A stretch of DNA of 64,000 nucleotides, taken from positions 4,030,001-4,094,000 of the forward strand of contig NC_043005.1 of the NCBI RefSeq assembly GCF_006345805.1, in the 5' to 3' direction. Both the position numbers and the translations under genes were made by a program. Source of the DNA: Octopus sinensis (Eukaryota). Positions within the stretch are counted from its first letter, which is position 1, and each line of letters starts with the position of its first letter. This document shows positions 11,628 through 24,480 of the stretch, piece by piece. Under the pieces are notes generated by a model, which did no database searches, had not been told where the DNA came from, and was given only the letters and a program-made list of their open reading frames with translations.

Positions 11628-11900
11628 ATCATCATCCTCATCATCATTTAACATCTGTTTTCCATGTTGACATGGTCTGGACAGTTTGACAGGAGCTAGT
11701 GAGGCCAGGAGCCACACCAGGTTCCATTGTCTGCTTTGGATGACCTCCCTCACAGAGTGTGCTGGGTGTTTTCTATGTGGCACCAGTGCCTTTTACATGA
11801 CATCATCATCAGTGCTTTCTACATGGTACAAGCACTGGTACATTCTATGTGGCACCGACACCAATAGGGTCACCAAGTACCTTGTAAGACAGAAACCCCT
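11628..11900 (-). mobile_element. RTE 3' UTR fragment, degraded
   Basis: CATCATCATTTAACATCTGTTTTCCATG terminus. Confidence 0.65.
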
Positions 11901-12182
11901 GAACTGGGAAGTAGGGGGAGTAGTATTGAGGGCATGTGGCTTTGAGCTAATGGGGAGATTTAAGGTAGAGAGGGCACAGATATGGCTGTCTTACTTATAG
12001 GGTAGAAAGGAGAGTGAGTTGGAAAGTAAGATGAGAGTGTTAGTGATAGAGTAAGATAACGAGTGTTAGAGAAAAATATGGTGATGGAGATGTGTCAGAA
12101 AATGCCCTCAAGGGACACTGAGGATGGTGTGAACAGGCAAAGTGATATAAAGTCTTAGGCTGGGTGAGTGGGTAAGATGACA

Positions 12183-12647
12183 CAGTAAAATCCCTTTTAT
12201 CTGGTACTCAAATAACCAAAACTCTTCGGCAACCAGCACCCAGAAAAGATTTTTTTTTTCAAATGTGGTGTTAATTAGAGACAAGAGAATTCGTGTTAAT
12301 TTGTGTTAACTAATTAACTGCCATTAAAAAAAAGGAAAGTTTCTCCTGTATCTAAACTGGATCATTACTTCTCAATGTACAGGACAGTATTTTGTTTTAT
12401 TGCATTTACAGAATCTGTATTTTATTAGTTAATAAAACTTGTTCTTTACTTAAATTATAATTCTTTTTATTCCTCTCGTTTATACTATATTCAAATATTG
12501 ATGCTGATAATGATGTACGTATAGAATTCTAATGAGTTACATTGGGTCCTGTGATAATTTAAGTGATGATTCGATATCCAGAAAATTCATTTATCTGGCA
12601 ACACTCTGGTCCCAGTTGTTGAGCTAGATATGAGAGCTTACTCTGTA
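12183..12647. mobile_element. pogo/Tigger-like MITE, degraded
   Basis: CAGTAAAATCCCTTTTATCTGG ... CTAGATATGAGAGCTTACTCTGTA termini. Confidence 0.45.
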
Positions 12648-12747
12648 TGTGTGTGTGTGAGTGTGTCTGTGTATATATATGCATACACACACATGCATGC
12701 ATACACATACATGTGTGTGTGTGTGTATGTATATATGTATATATATA

Positions 12748-12802
<55 letters not shown>

Positions 12803-12825
12803 TATATATATATATACATACACAC

Positions 12826-12990
12826 AGGTACGGTGTAGTTAAGAAGTTTAATGCACAACCATACGGTCTTTGGTTCAGTTCCACTGTGTGAAACCTTGGA
12901 CTATAATCCTGGTACAACCGAAGCCTTATGAGTAGATTTGGAAAATGGAAACTGAAAGAAGCCCATCATGTGTGTATGTGTGTGTGTGTG
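12826..12990 (+). mobile_element. SINE family B, 5' part
   Basis: GGTTCAGTTCCACTGTGTG...GGAAACTGAAAGAAGCCCATC. Confidence 0.7.
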
Positions 12991-13094
12991 TGCATGTGCA
13001 CTTTTGTCTTGTCATTTTGTAATGATTTTGTGATACAAGCAGCATTATTTGTTCCCAGTCTTCTATGCAAAACATTTCCGACCATAGGAAAATA

Positions 13095-13310
13095 TTCTTT
13101 TCTACTCTAGGCACAAGGCCCGAAATTTGGGGGGAGGGAGCCAGTCGATTAGATCAACCCCAGTACACAACTGGTACTTAATTTATTGACCCCGAAAAAA
13201 TGAAAGGCAAAGTCAACCTCAGCAAAATTTGAACTCAGAACATAAAGACAGATGAAATACTGCTGAGCATTTCACCCAGGGTGCTAACATTTCTGCCAGC
13301 TTGCCACCTT
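13095..13310 (-). mobile_element. SINE family A
   Basis: CTGGTACTTAATTTATTGACCCC...TGAAAGGCAAAGTCAACC...TTTGAACTCAGA. Confidence 0.8.
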
Positions 13311-13785
13311 TGAACATCAGAAAATATTACCTTATTTTGAAAGACGTGAGTTTTGGTGACAGAGAGAATATCCAAATGTGGAAAATCTGCCTCAGCGAAT
13401 TACATTGGACCCATGCAAACATTGGAAGGTGGACATTTGATAATGATGATACATATATGTCTAGCTTATTTAAGCTGCTCCAGTGGCCTGTTATTGTAGA
13501 CTATCTTAAATAAACTTCTGCATTTTACATTTGTATTGAGTACATGCAAACAAGATGACCTTGCTTGATTTTTATCTAAATTCTGATTAAACAGTATTGT
13601 CTCTAGATTAGAAATGGTCTTTTTCTTCATTGATGAGAAATTTGATAAAATAAACCAGGAACATATATAACAGCTGGTTACACAAAGCATTTGCTTGCAT
13701 TGTATGTAATCATCATAAATAACAAATGCTAGAAAACATATGAACACACACACACACATACCTGTATGTGTGCATGTATGTGTGT

Positions 13786-13824
<39 letters not shown>

Positions 13825-14523
13825 TACACACACATATGAATACAAGCCCTACTCCTTGAACAGACGTTTTAAGTTACAAGACTCACATCAGAAGCCATAT
13901 GTATGCATGTGGGTGGGTGGATTATGTACACATATACACACACACATATACACAGAGAGATATGCTGGTTGTTGCTGCACTATGCACCAACATATATATG
14001 CATTCATATCTGCTCAATAACTGCTTGCGTTTGTCTGAAAACCTTCAATGGTTGAAACTGATATTGATATATAAGTTGTAATTGCAGACAAAATAAATTA
14101 GACGTGACATGTAACAAATTAATGAGTCAAAGCCATTAGTTTGCATTTATGGGCATGTCTCCCAATTAGCGACTGGCTTTTTAATAAATGGAATCTCGCA
14201 TTATTCAGAAACATAAAATAGTAGTAGCCTGTTTAGTGCCATATCAACTCTGATTGAGCTGCACTATGATCATAGGTATTCCTTTCATGACCATCCTGTC
14301 TCATTCTGCATGACTGCAGAAACGTTATTTAATCTCTGTCTTTCTCTCACACTCTTTGAAATGTGGTAGTGTGTGGTTTGGCTGGTATTTCTAGCAAGTC
14401 CCTCTTTGGCTCATATTAGTATCCTATTCATTGTATAAAGGTAGAAATAACTGGTAAATAGGAGAAAGTAACCCTCATAGTGAACCACTATTAGCTTTTT
14501 GTTATTTGCTTATATATATATAT

Positions 14524-14815
14524 CATCATCATCGTTTAACGTCTGCCTTGCATGCTGGCATGAGTGGGACGGTTTGACAGGAGCTGATCAGGCAGAACCC
14601 TGCACCAGATTTTTGTCACTGTTTTAGTAAGATTTTTACAGCTAGATGCCCTTCCTAACATCAACCACTCAGCAGAGTGGACTTAGTGCTTTTTATGTGG
14701 CACAAGAACAGGTGAGGTCAGTTTTGGCAAGGTTTTTACAGCTGGAAGCCATTCCAAATGCCAACCACTTTACAGTGTGGACTGGGTGCTTTTTAAGGAG
14801 CACCTGCACTGACAG
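14524..14815 (-). mobile_element. RTE 3' UTR fragment
   Basis: (CAT)n-CGTTTAACGTC terminus and GATGCCCTTCCTAAC motif. Confidence 0.75.
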
Positions 14816-14836
14816 GTGTAAGTGTACATGTATATA

Positions 14837-15496
14837 CAGAGGTGGACACCATTAATCAGAAAGCTAACTTCATTAATCATTAATCCGTGAACCAAAAAGT
14901 TAACTTCATTAATTGATCATTCTTTGAAAATATAACGAAAGTTGATGTTAATCCGTTAACGTTAACTTTTATTGAAAAAGGCATAACTACAATTTAATAC
15001 CCCACTCACTTTGTTGCCTCATAACTTCCAGGAAAATGGATACTTTCCATTCTCTTTTTGTTGGGTGACACCATTGAAGAAATCATCCTCCACCTCTTCC
15101 TTGTTGCTGCTCACTTCTGCAGACTACTGCCTCATGGTCTCCTCGACCTTATCCTTCATGCTTCTCCTCACCTTGGTGAACTTGGTGCTATCATACCTAT
15201 ACAACCAGATGAGACCAAACCTGGGGTGGAAGGCATCAGCCACATAGTGTTCCTCATCATCCAGGAAGGTCGCAAATCTTTTGATGGTACCTGCCAATAC
15301 TGCATCGACCAAGGGGCCAAAGCTGTGTTGACGAAGGGGCTGCAGTAGACGAGTTTTGGGTTAATGGAAGCAAAATATAACGGAAGTTAATTAGTCTGAT
15401 AATGATTTTTAAAGTTGACTTAAGAGTTAAATTGTTAACGAAAATGTTAACCTCATTAATTAACAATTAACGGATTAACTGACTCACACCCAGCTG
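14837..15496 (-). mobile_element. Non-autonomous hAT-like element with transposase remnant
   Basis: CAG...CTG ends, inverted arrays of TTAAC/GTTAA subterminal motifs, and ORF 15124..15312 RFATFLDDEEHYVADAFHPRF resembling the hAT LDPRF region; no clean 8-bp TSD. Confidence 0.55.
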
Positions 15497-15555
15497 GTAT
15501 GAGGTGAAGATAGATTTTTTCTCCATGTGAATTCCATATATAAAATACCTTTCCA

Positions 15556-15810
15556 TCATCATTATCATATAACATCCGTATCCATGCTGGCATGAGTTGG
15601 ACAGTTTGACAAGGGCTGGTAAGCTGGAAGGCTGCACCAGATTCCAGTCTGATTTGTCATGGTTTCTATAGCGGGATACCCTTCCTAACACCAACCACTA
15701 CAAGAGTATTATAACAGGTGCTTTTGCATGCCACCAGCATGGGTGCCAGCTGCATGACACCAGTGTCTGCTGCTACTACAATTTCACAATTTCACTTGAC
15801 TTGATGGGTC
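15556..15810 (-). mobile_element. RTE 3' UTR fragment
   Basis: CCATGCTGGCATGAGTTGGAC...GGATACCCTTCCTAACACCAACC. Confidence 0.7.
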
Positions 15811-16605
15811 ATATCTGAATAAAGGTTCTTCTATTAATAACATGAATAAAGGTTCTTCTATTACTTCAGACTAATTTTTCTATCATTAATATATTTCACT
15901 CTGCCTTTTATTTACATAACACACATATATGTATAAGATTAAAAACTCATACAAATAACACAAGTAAAATTCGAGGTAAAGAGGAAAACAGCCCTTAACA
16001 CAGACACACACTACAAAACAGAGACACGTCAGCTATCAAACTTTTTTCTCCATAAATTTTCTGAAGAAGGATCCTAACCCTGAATTATAACTTGTTTTCG
16101 CTTTAAAAAATAATCATGGTGAATTTAAAGTGTCTTTCTCTTTTGTGAGATGGTGATATCTGCGATTTTTGAGGGAGACTTATTCACTATATCTAGCTGG
16201 TCAGTTGACTGTGTAGAAGCTTCCACATTGACTCATCAATGACGAGGGTCTTGAAAGCAGAAGTAAAGAGCTTTCAATCATATTGCAAGGAGTAACAACT
16301 ACAAAGTGTGTGGGGGAAGAAAGACAGATCCAGTGGAGACATCGTGAGCAAAATGCTGTCCACAGCAATTATGACTCACAGGTTTGGAAACAGAAAACAA
16401 CTGACTGTAATCTGAAATCTCTCACTTAAGGTCTGTTCTGTAATTGAAACTATTAACCCTAGGTGTGGTCGGTATCTTTAATCTATGACAACCTGGATTA
16501 TTCCTGTATTACGGGCAGCATTACTTCTCGTTTATTTCATCATAAAGTTAAAACAGATTTTGTTTCATCATACTCTAGTACTCTCTCTTATGCACATACA
16601 TATAT

Positions 16606-16639
<34 letters not shown>

Positions 16640-16972
16640 GTATGTATGTAGAGACACACACACACACGCACACATGTAAATAGATACACATACACACACA
16701 CATATATGTATACATAAATGCATACATGTGTGTGTATGCTTGTGTATGTCAATATCTACCAAGCTATTTATATACACAGACATACAAGCACAGGTGCATG
16801 TATGGTTAAGAAATTCACTTCACACCCCAACACAACTTTAGGTTCGAGTTTCATTGCATGACCAATGCATTGTGAATAAAATTGCTACATATGTGTTTGG
16901 GTGTGTATGTCTGTACATGAGTGTGTGTTGCCACCGGTCACACTGACTTTATTTCTTTTACTTCCTTTTTGT

Positions 16973-17202
16973 TTAACCCTTTCATTACCAACCCAGCTGA
17001 AACCTGCTCTGGCTCTGAGTACAAATGTCTTATTTACATAAGTTTTGAATTAAAATCTTCCACCAGACCTAAGTCACAATTTATGTTCCTAACACTAGCT
17101 TAACGATAACTAAGTTATTTTACTAAATTCTTTGTTATATTTAAAATTAATTGAAAGAAACAGAGAGAATCTCAACAGAAATAGAGTAACAAAAAGGGTT
17201 AA
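16973..17202. mobile_element. piggyBac-like MITE, family 1
   Basis: TTAA-CCCTTTCATTAC...GTAACAAAAAGGG-TTAA. Confidence 0.85.
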
Positions 17203-17580
17203 ATTATGCAAAATGACAAAACTATAAATTTATTCCACTCTTGCTTACAAGAGAAAGGATCAGACAATCATCATGCTGATGATGGTTATTGAGCCAGAAA
17301 CATGTCCTTGGCTGTCCTCTATTCTCCACACAATAAGCCTGTCCTTTTCCTTCATGGAATGTCAACTTTGAAGAATTCTTGATTCTTGAGATTAGCTTCC
17401 ATTCTGAAATGGAGTTGGTCTTACTTGCCATTTGGTAAATGAGATACATCCTTTAGCAGTGGTAATAATTTTAATTAATCAAGAATTTATATGGTACGAT
17501 ATTTCATATACCTGTATTTTACTCTGTTGCATGCATGCATTTATGTGTGCGTGTGTAAATAAATATATATATATATATAT

Positions 17581-17826
17581 AAGTAAAGTCAATTGCCACA
17601 TCAAAGTGGCTGTTCCATGTTACTATTAGTTTAACCCCAGGCAGATCTTCCATCAGCTGGTTATTGGTGCAGTGCTGCACCCTATATATTGCTAGCAGGG
17701 GGAGCAAACCTCTACCATCCTCTAGAAGATAACAGGATTGTGAGACTGACTCAGTTTCAAGCTGGTTGGCTCATTCTCAGTCCTGAGCATCTGGCCACTG
17801 GAGTGATAGCCAGGGTCCACTCCACC
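17581..17826 (+). mobile_element. Unclassified interspersed repeat, homologous in inverted orientation to 18524-18712
   Basis: GAGACTGACTCAGTTTCAAGCTGGTTGG versus CCAACCAGCTTGAAACTGAGTCAGTCTC. Confidence 0.7.
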
Positions 17827-17864
17827 CAGCAGCAGCAACAACAACAACAACAGTAACAGCAGTG

Positions 17865-18245
17865 GAAGCGCAATGGCCCAGTAGTTAGGGCAGCGGACTC
17901 GCGGTTGGAGGATCACAGTTTCGATTCCCAGACCGGCCGTTGTGTGTGTTTATTGTGCGAAAACACCTGAAGCTCCACAAGGCTCCGGCAGGGGGTGGTG
18001 GCGACCCCTGTTGTACTATTTTGCCCCAACTTTCTCTCACTCTTTCTTCCTGTTTCTTGTCCCCGACTTCCTACGCAATCGCTGAGCCTGGATGCGCATT
18101 CATCCATCCATCGATGCTTTCGGTGTCGGGGGTTGACCTGCTTTCTCTTCTGCGGGTCTTACGAATAGCAAAGGACCACGTTTCGGACTTCTCCATCTTG
18201 CGAGCTCTGGGATGAAGACCGTTCACTCAACAGCAACAACAACAA
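17865..18245 (+). mobile_element. tRNA-derived SINE (family E), GC-rich
   Basis: TGGCCCAGTAGTTAGGGCAGCGGACTCGCGG...TTCGATTCC head; shares AACTTTCTCTCACTCTTTC with 38645-38933; (CAA)n tail. Confidence 0.75.
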
Positions 18246-18288
18246 CCACCATCATAGGAATGAGAACCCAGGTTCAAAATTTCCCCAA

Positions 18289-18334
18289 GACACCTGATGA
18301 AGGCTGGAGGGTATACCAGCCGAAATGTTGTGTT
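18289..18334 (+). ncRNA. Minimal type I hammerhead motif with intact core (family C module, 18254-18380)
   Basis: GACAC-CTGATGA-A-GGCTGG-AGGGTATA-CCAGCC-GAAA-TGTT-GTGTT. Confidence 0.75.
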
Positions 18335-18440
18335 AACAACAAACAAGATAAGGACAAATATCTGCCAAATGTAAATAAAGCAGCCAGCAATATATTGTAA
18401 ACAAAGTGACTGTCAGTCACTGATTTGCAACATGCAAAAC

Positions 18441-18761
18441 AGCTAGTTGTAAAATCTCAAGAAGAGATCAGAGCAGTAACTATACTAACAAGTAAAGTTA
18501 ATCACCACATCAAAGTGGCTGTTCCAACCAGCTTGAAACTGAGTCAGTCTCATGATGCTGTGCTCTGCTAGAGGATGGCAGGGGTTCACACCCTTTGCTA
18601 GCAATATATAGAGTGCAGTGTTGCACTGGTAACCAGCTGGCAGAAGATCTGCTTGAGGTTATACTAGTAGTAACATGGAAAAGCCACTTTGATGTGGTGA
18701 TTAACTTTACTTGTAGGTATAGTTACTACCCTGATCTCTTCTTGAGATTTTACAACTAGCT
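18441..18761. mobile_element. Repeat with about 86-bp terminal inverted arms
   Basis: AGCTAGTTGTAAAATCTCAAGAAGAGATCAG... / ...CTGATCTCTTCTTGAGATTTTACAACTAGCT. Confidence 0.75.
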
Positions 18762-18767
18762 TTCTTT

Positions 18768-18967
18768 TGCCTGGCCCCTGTACCGGTGGCACGTAAAAAA
18801 CACCCACTAAACGCACGGAGTGGTTGGCGTTAGGAAGGGCATCAAGCTGTAGAAACATTGCCAAATCAGACTAGAGCCTGGTGCAGCCTCCATGGCTTAC
18901 CAGACCCCGGTCGAACCGTCCAATCCATGCTAGCATGGAAAATGGACGTTAAATGATGATGATGATA
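18768..18967 (+). mobile_element. RTE 3' terminal fragment
   Basis: GGTTGGCGTTAGGAAGGGCATC...GGACGTTAAA(TGA)n. Confidence 0.85.
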
Positions 18968-19095
18968 TGGTTTAAAATCATACAAAAAACAACAGAGACA
19001 GGTGAGGAAACAAACAAGGTGTACGATGTAATATATATATATATATATATATCTATATAAGAGACCGAACTGTATGTATGTCACTATATGTAAAT

Positions 19096-19396
19096 AAAAA
19101 ATGATACAAAAAATGGGACAAGAACACAACAGGCAATAACAAGACATCCAGACAGTTAGATGATACAAAAAGGGACAAAAAAAAAAAAAAAACAAGGTTG
19201 AGTCATTTGGAGTTTTCTTTCGCCAGTCAAGTTCCAGATTTTCTTTGCAACTGCAGAGATAATCTGGAACTCGACTGACAAAAGAAAACTCCGAATGACC
19301 CAACCTTGTTTTTTCTTGTCCCTTTTTGTATCATCTAACTGTCTGGATGTCTTGTTATTGCCTGTTGTGTTCTTGTCCCATTTTTTGTATTTTTTT

Positions 19397-19398
<2 letters not shown>
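19096..19398. repeat. Long inverted repeat (about 145-bp arms)
   Basis: GGGACAAGAACACAACAGGCAATAACAAGACATCCAGACAG mirrored by CTGTCTGGATGTCTTGTTATTGCCTGTTGTGTTCTTGTCCC. Confidence 0.9.
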
Positions 19399-19434
<36 letters not shown>

Positions 19435-19518
19435 CACACACACACACACACAAATACATAAAAACACATATACATATGAGTGTGTGTGTATGGCATGTGT
19501 AAATTAATATACATACAT

Positions 19519-20220
19519 AGGACATGCAGAAGCTTGAAAGAAATGAAGCCAATATATTCAGATTGATTGGTAATGTCATTGTGCATATCTGACAGAGTGT
19601 AAGTGATTTGAGAGAAAAAATTGGGTATATGTAGCATCAGATGTAATGTGCAAGAGAGAAGACTGCACTGGTATGGTCGTGTAATGTGTATGAATGAAGG
19701 AAGTTGCATCAAGAAGTGCCAATCTCTAACTGTGGAGGAAGAGTGTGGAAGGGGTAAACCCAGGAAGATATGGGACAAAGTGGTGAGAAAGGAACTACAA
19801 AATGTTGGACCTCACAGAGGGGATGACAAGAAACTAAAACTTCCGGCGGTTTGCTGTGTTTGAGAAGACACGTCAAGCTAAGTGTAATTGTGGTTGTCCT
19901 TACATACAGGCATGTCCCCTGCTTCCCTCTTCAGCTGAGCGATCCTATCCTTGTGAGCTCATGGGTGCTGCTGTCATGTAAAAAGCACCTGTGCCAATAC
20001 CTTGTAAAAGCATTGTGCTAGTGCCATGTAAAGAGCACCCAGTCCACACTCTGTAAAGTGGTTTTGCATTAGGAAGGGCATCCAACCATAGAAACCATGC
20101 TAAATCAGACATGGAACCTAAGCAGCTCTTCAACTGGCCAACTTCTGTCAAACCATGCCAGCATAGAGAATGGGCTATAAATGATGATGGTGGTGGTGGT
20201 GATGATGATGATGATGATAT
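19519..20220 (+). mobile_element. RTE LINE 3' fragment
   Basis: ORF 19621..19863 (VQERRLHWYGRV...GRGKPRKIW) followed by 3' UTR and (GAT)n. Confidence 0.85.
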
Positions 20221-20504
20221 GTACAAGACCTACATATTTTGCATGGAACCAATTCGTTGTTGGCCAGTAATATATGAAGGACATTAGAAATAGAAACAGC
20301 AACAAGAAAAACTCACCAGCAATTTTGAAAAGGGTTAATCAATAACATTGACCTTGCTACTATATTTTGTAGTCTTTCTTCCCTCTGGGATCAATAAAAG
20401 AAAGTACCAGTTACATACTGGGGTCCACCCCTCGACATTGCTAATTGTGTGTTTAAATCAGAAATCATTATTAATTTCATTTGTGTTTAATAAAGAAAAC
20501 ATTG

Positions 20505-21199
20505 GCAGTGAGCTGATAGAATCTTTGGTGCATCAGACAAAATGTTTTGCAGTATTTCTTCCAGGTCTTTACATTCTGAGTTCAAATTCTGCCTTTCACC
20601 TTTTGGGGGTTGATAAAATAAAGTACCAGTGAAATACTGGATTTGATATAATCAACTTCCTTCTCCCCACAAAGTTACTGCTCTTGTGCCAAAATTAGAA
20701 AGCATTATGATTTTCATTATTATTATCATTATTACTATTATTATCATTATCATTATTATTATTATTATGGTAGCTAGCTGGCAGAATTGTTAACATGCAA
20801 AAAAAATGCTTAGCAGTATTTCATCTGTCTTTATGCTCTGAATTCAAATTCCGCTGAGGTTGCCTTTGCCTTTTATCCTTTCAAGGTTAATAAATTAAGT
20901 ACCAGTTCAGCACTAGGGCCGATGCAATCAACTAGGTCCCTGCCTCCCATAAAATTTCAGGCTTTGTGCCTATTGTAAGGTAGCGAACTGGCCGCACAGT
21001 CAACATGCCAGGCAAAATGCTGAGCGGCATTTCATCCATCTTTATACTCCGCTTTCAAATTCCAACAAAGTTAACTTTGCCTTTCATCTTTCTCAGGTTG
21101 ATAAAATAAGTACCAGTTGAGTACTGGGGTCAATGTAATTGATTCATCTCCTCTCCAAAATTGCTGGCCTAGTGCCAAAATTTGAAACTATTATTATCA

Positions 21200-21238
<39 letters not shown>

Positions 21239-21252
21239 TATTATTATTATTA

Positions 21253-21297
<45 letters not shown>

Positions 21298-21510
21298 GGC
21301 AGCAAGCTGGCAGAATCACTAGCACACCGGGCGAAATACTTAGCAGTATTTCATCTGCCGCTACATTCTGAGTTCAAATTCTACTGAGGTCGACTTGGCC
21401 TTCCATCCTTTCAGGGTCAATAAATTAAGTACCAGTCAAGTACTGGAGTTGATCTAATTGACTGTCCCTCTCCCTTCAAATTCCAGGCCTTGTGCCTATA
21501 GTAGGAAGGA
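20505..21510 (+). mobile_element. Cluster of four family A SINEs separated by (ATT)n
   Basis: Heads near 20505, 20768, 20980 and 21298, each with TTCAAATT and AAGTACCAG. Confidence 0.8.
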
Positions 21511-21799
21511 TTTCTTTTCTTTTTTTTCTTAACATGCTATTTCTAAATTAAGTACAGTCTATAATGTCCCTATGGGGCACATGTATTAGTATATACAGGG
21601 GCAGATGAAAGAAGAAATAAAAAAAAAAACTAATAACACAAATAGCAAGATATGATAAATGCTGACCCCCACCACCTCTACCCAGATAAGTGAGCAACAA
21701 CCCAGCTCCTTTTTATCATTATTAGTGTACATGGAGGCATCTTTAGGCATATCTGTAATTGATGCGTGTGTGTGCATGTTTGTATATCTATCTATCTAA

Positions 21800-21870
<71 letters not shown>

Positions 21871-22599
21871 GAGTGTATGTGTGTATATCTATATCTATGT
21901 GAACATGTGAGTGTCAATGTGTGTTTGTATATGTGTGTGTGTGTATATATTTGTGCATATATATGTGTGTATGTCTGCATGCATATGCATGTAGCATTTG
22001 TAGCATATATACACACATGGACATATGTAATATACAGATAATAAAAAAGAGACTCAAATATACCCATAGAGATACATATCTATATACATATGCAATTTTA
22101 CACACATACATGCATGCATACACACACACACACACATATATATATATACATGCATGGAGCCATTCATACATCAATGCATATACACAAACACACACATATG
22201 CACACATAGCTATATACACTCATAGACACACATAAACCTAAACATGCACACGCACACATATATACTATACTTATACATACACACATATATAGATGCGTAT
22301 ATACATACATACTTATGCAACAGTTATCATTAATAATATTATCCAAATTCTAATATGACTCCTTTGAGTAAGAATTCTAATAAATAAACTAAACTATACA
22401 ACTGATACTTTTTTACTCTTTTATCTGTTTCAGTCATTTGACTGTGGCCATGCTGGAGCACCATGTAAATTCCAATAAAAGGACCTTGGTTCTGGGCTGG
22501 GAAGCATTTTTTTTTACTATTAGTGAAGAATGTTAAAAAACAAAAACAATGTATGTACGTGCTCAACACGCATACCTATGTGCACCCAAGAATTGTTTC

Positions 22600-22790
22600 A
22601 AACTTAGCCACAAGGTAAGCAATTTTAAGGGAAGGGAGCAAGTTCATTACATCGACCCCAGTACTTGCCCAGTAATTTATTTTATCAGCCCCAAAAGGAT
22701 AGAAGGCAAAGTTTACATTGGTGGAATTTGAACTCGGAATGCAAGGCATTTTGTCCAATGCATTAATGATTCTGCCAGTTCAGTGTCTAT
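22600..22790 (-). mobile_element. SINE family A
   Basis: ACATCGACCCCAGTAC...GGAATTTGAACTCGG. Confidence 0.7.
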
Positions 22791-24045
22791 AATAATTTCT
22801 TTATCTAATGCTTATTCACCTATTTAATATTTAATCCAACTATACCTGGAAATACTTATACCATTATGTTATCTGGGTGCGAACCTTTCTGCTAAAATTA
22901 GCTGCAGTGACTAGTGGAAACCAAAAATATGGAAATATTTAAAATAATTCTGTGATATGATATAAATGAAGGAATAAATAAATATGTGAGTGAATAAGAT
23001 GAATGAATAAGTAAATAAATGAGATTAAATCATCCATGAATCTTCCCAGCATGTTTTCGTTCTTAAATAACTTCCGTTTCTCCACTCACAACTAAAGATT
23101 CTTTTTTTTACTTCTCTCACACTGAATTAGCATGAATGGAACTAAATTTAATCTCATGTAACACATTGGTCTGTTGGATCATCACCGAAGGTTTTGTGTT
23201 TGCATAAGGGTTGATTTAGCAGAAACTCAAAAAGACTGTAGAATTATTTTGGTATCATTTGTGTGTCATGTTAATTTACTGCTCTTATGGCCTTCCATAT
23301 GGTAAAATAGTTCACAATTTATTTTGAAATGAGTAGAAGTGATTATTTCACAAGGCAAACTCTCAAATCCATTTTAAAGGTAGTATTCTGCATTGTATGT
23401 ACTAACTGAATTTTATTCTCCCATCATCTGTATTAAATTTCAATGTAAAAACATAGATCAAAGGTTCAAATCCAAGTTAAGTATTCTATGTTGTTGTTTC
23501 TTCTTTCCCATTGTTTCAATCTCTTTAAATCTCATTGGTTCAGCTCCTAGAAAATATTTATACTATTAGTGAATCCATTCTGGATCACTATGTTCTGAGT
23601 TCAAATCCCAATGAAATCAACTTTGCCTTTCGTCTTTTCAGGGTTGATGAAATTAAGTACCAACAAAGTACTGGGAATAACGGTAATGATTACTCCACCT
23701 CCTCTCAAAACTGTTGGCCTTGTGCCTAAATCAGAAATCATTGTTAGTGAATGTAAGCCAAAGTGGAGTTTTCCATAACTACATTCCCATGCCAGCATAA
23801 AAGGCGGACGTTAAACAATGATGACATACAAATAGGCTCAATATATGCTTCATGTTGGGTGTAATTAATGTTTGTTGCTTAATTACACCACTTGAAATAA
23901 GTATCATTAAGAAAACAGACAAAAATAAGTTTTGAGTTTGAGATCTACCGCCTCATGGTACCTATCTACAGAATATGGTTTAAGAGTTAACAACTCATCA
24001 GCTAGAAGGTGGACAGTGAAATTATTAGGTCAACATAATCATCAG

Positions 24046-24201
24046 ATGTGGTTGTGTGGTAAGAAGTTTGCTTCTTGACCACATGGTTCCGGGTTCAGTC
24101 CCACTGTGTGGCACTTTGGGCAAGTGCCTTCTACTATAACCTTGGGCTGAATAAAGCCTCATGAGTAGATTTGGCTGACAGAAACTGTAAAAAGTCCATT
24201 G

Positions 24202-24242
<41 letters not shown>

Positions 24243-24480
24243 AGTGAGTGTTTGTTTGTGTGTGTGTCTTTGTGTTTGTGTTTGTTCCCTTCCCACCAAT
24301 CGACAACTGGTGTTGGTGTGCTTGCATCCCTGTAACTTAGTGGTTCAGCAAAAGAGACTGACAGAACAAGTACTAGGTTTAAAAAGTAAGTATTAGTGTT
24401 GTTTTGTTCAACTAAAATTCTTCAAGGCTATGCCCCAGCATGGCCACAGTCCAATGACTAAATCAAATAAAAGACAAAAT
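24046..24480 (+). mobile_element. SINE family B, full length with internal (TG)n
   Basis: TGGTTGTGTGGTAAG...GGTTCAGTCCC...TTGGGCAAGTG...CAGCATGGCCACAGTC. Confidence 0.85.

Noticed and set aside
12624-12917. YI/CV/HT-rich ORFs here and at about 21.8, 28.5, 31.6, 46.7, 54.7 and 58.6 kb; poly-L and poly-I ORFs
   Set aside because: Translations of microsatellites.
16061-16095. CTGAAGAAGG motif
   Set aside because: No GAAA or stem I/III to complete a hammerhead.
18172-18208. Minus-strand GGA-GAAG-TCC-GAAACGT hammerhead-like half
   Set aside because: The core reads CGCAAGA rather than CUGANGA and stem I pairing is poor.
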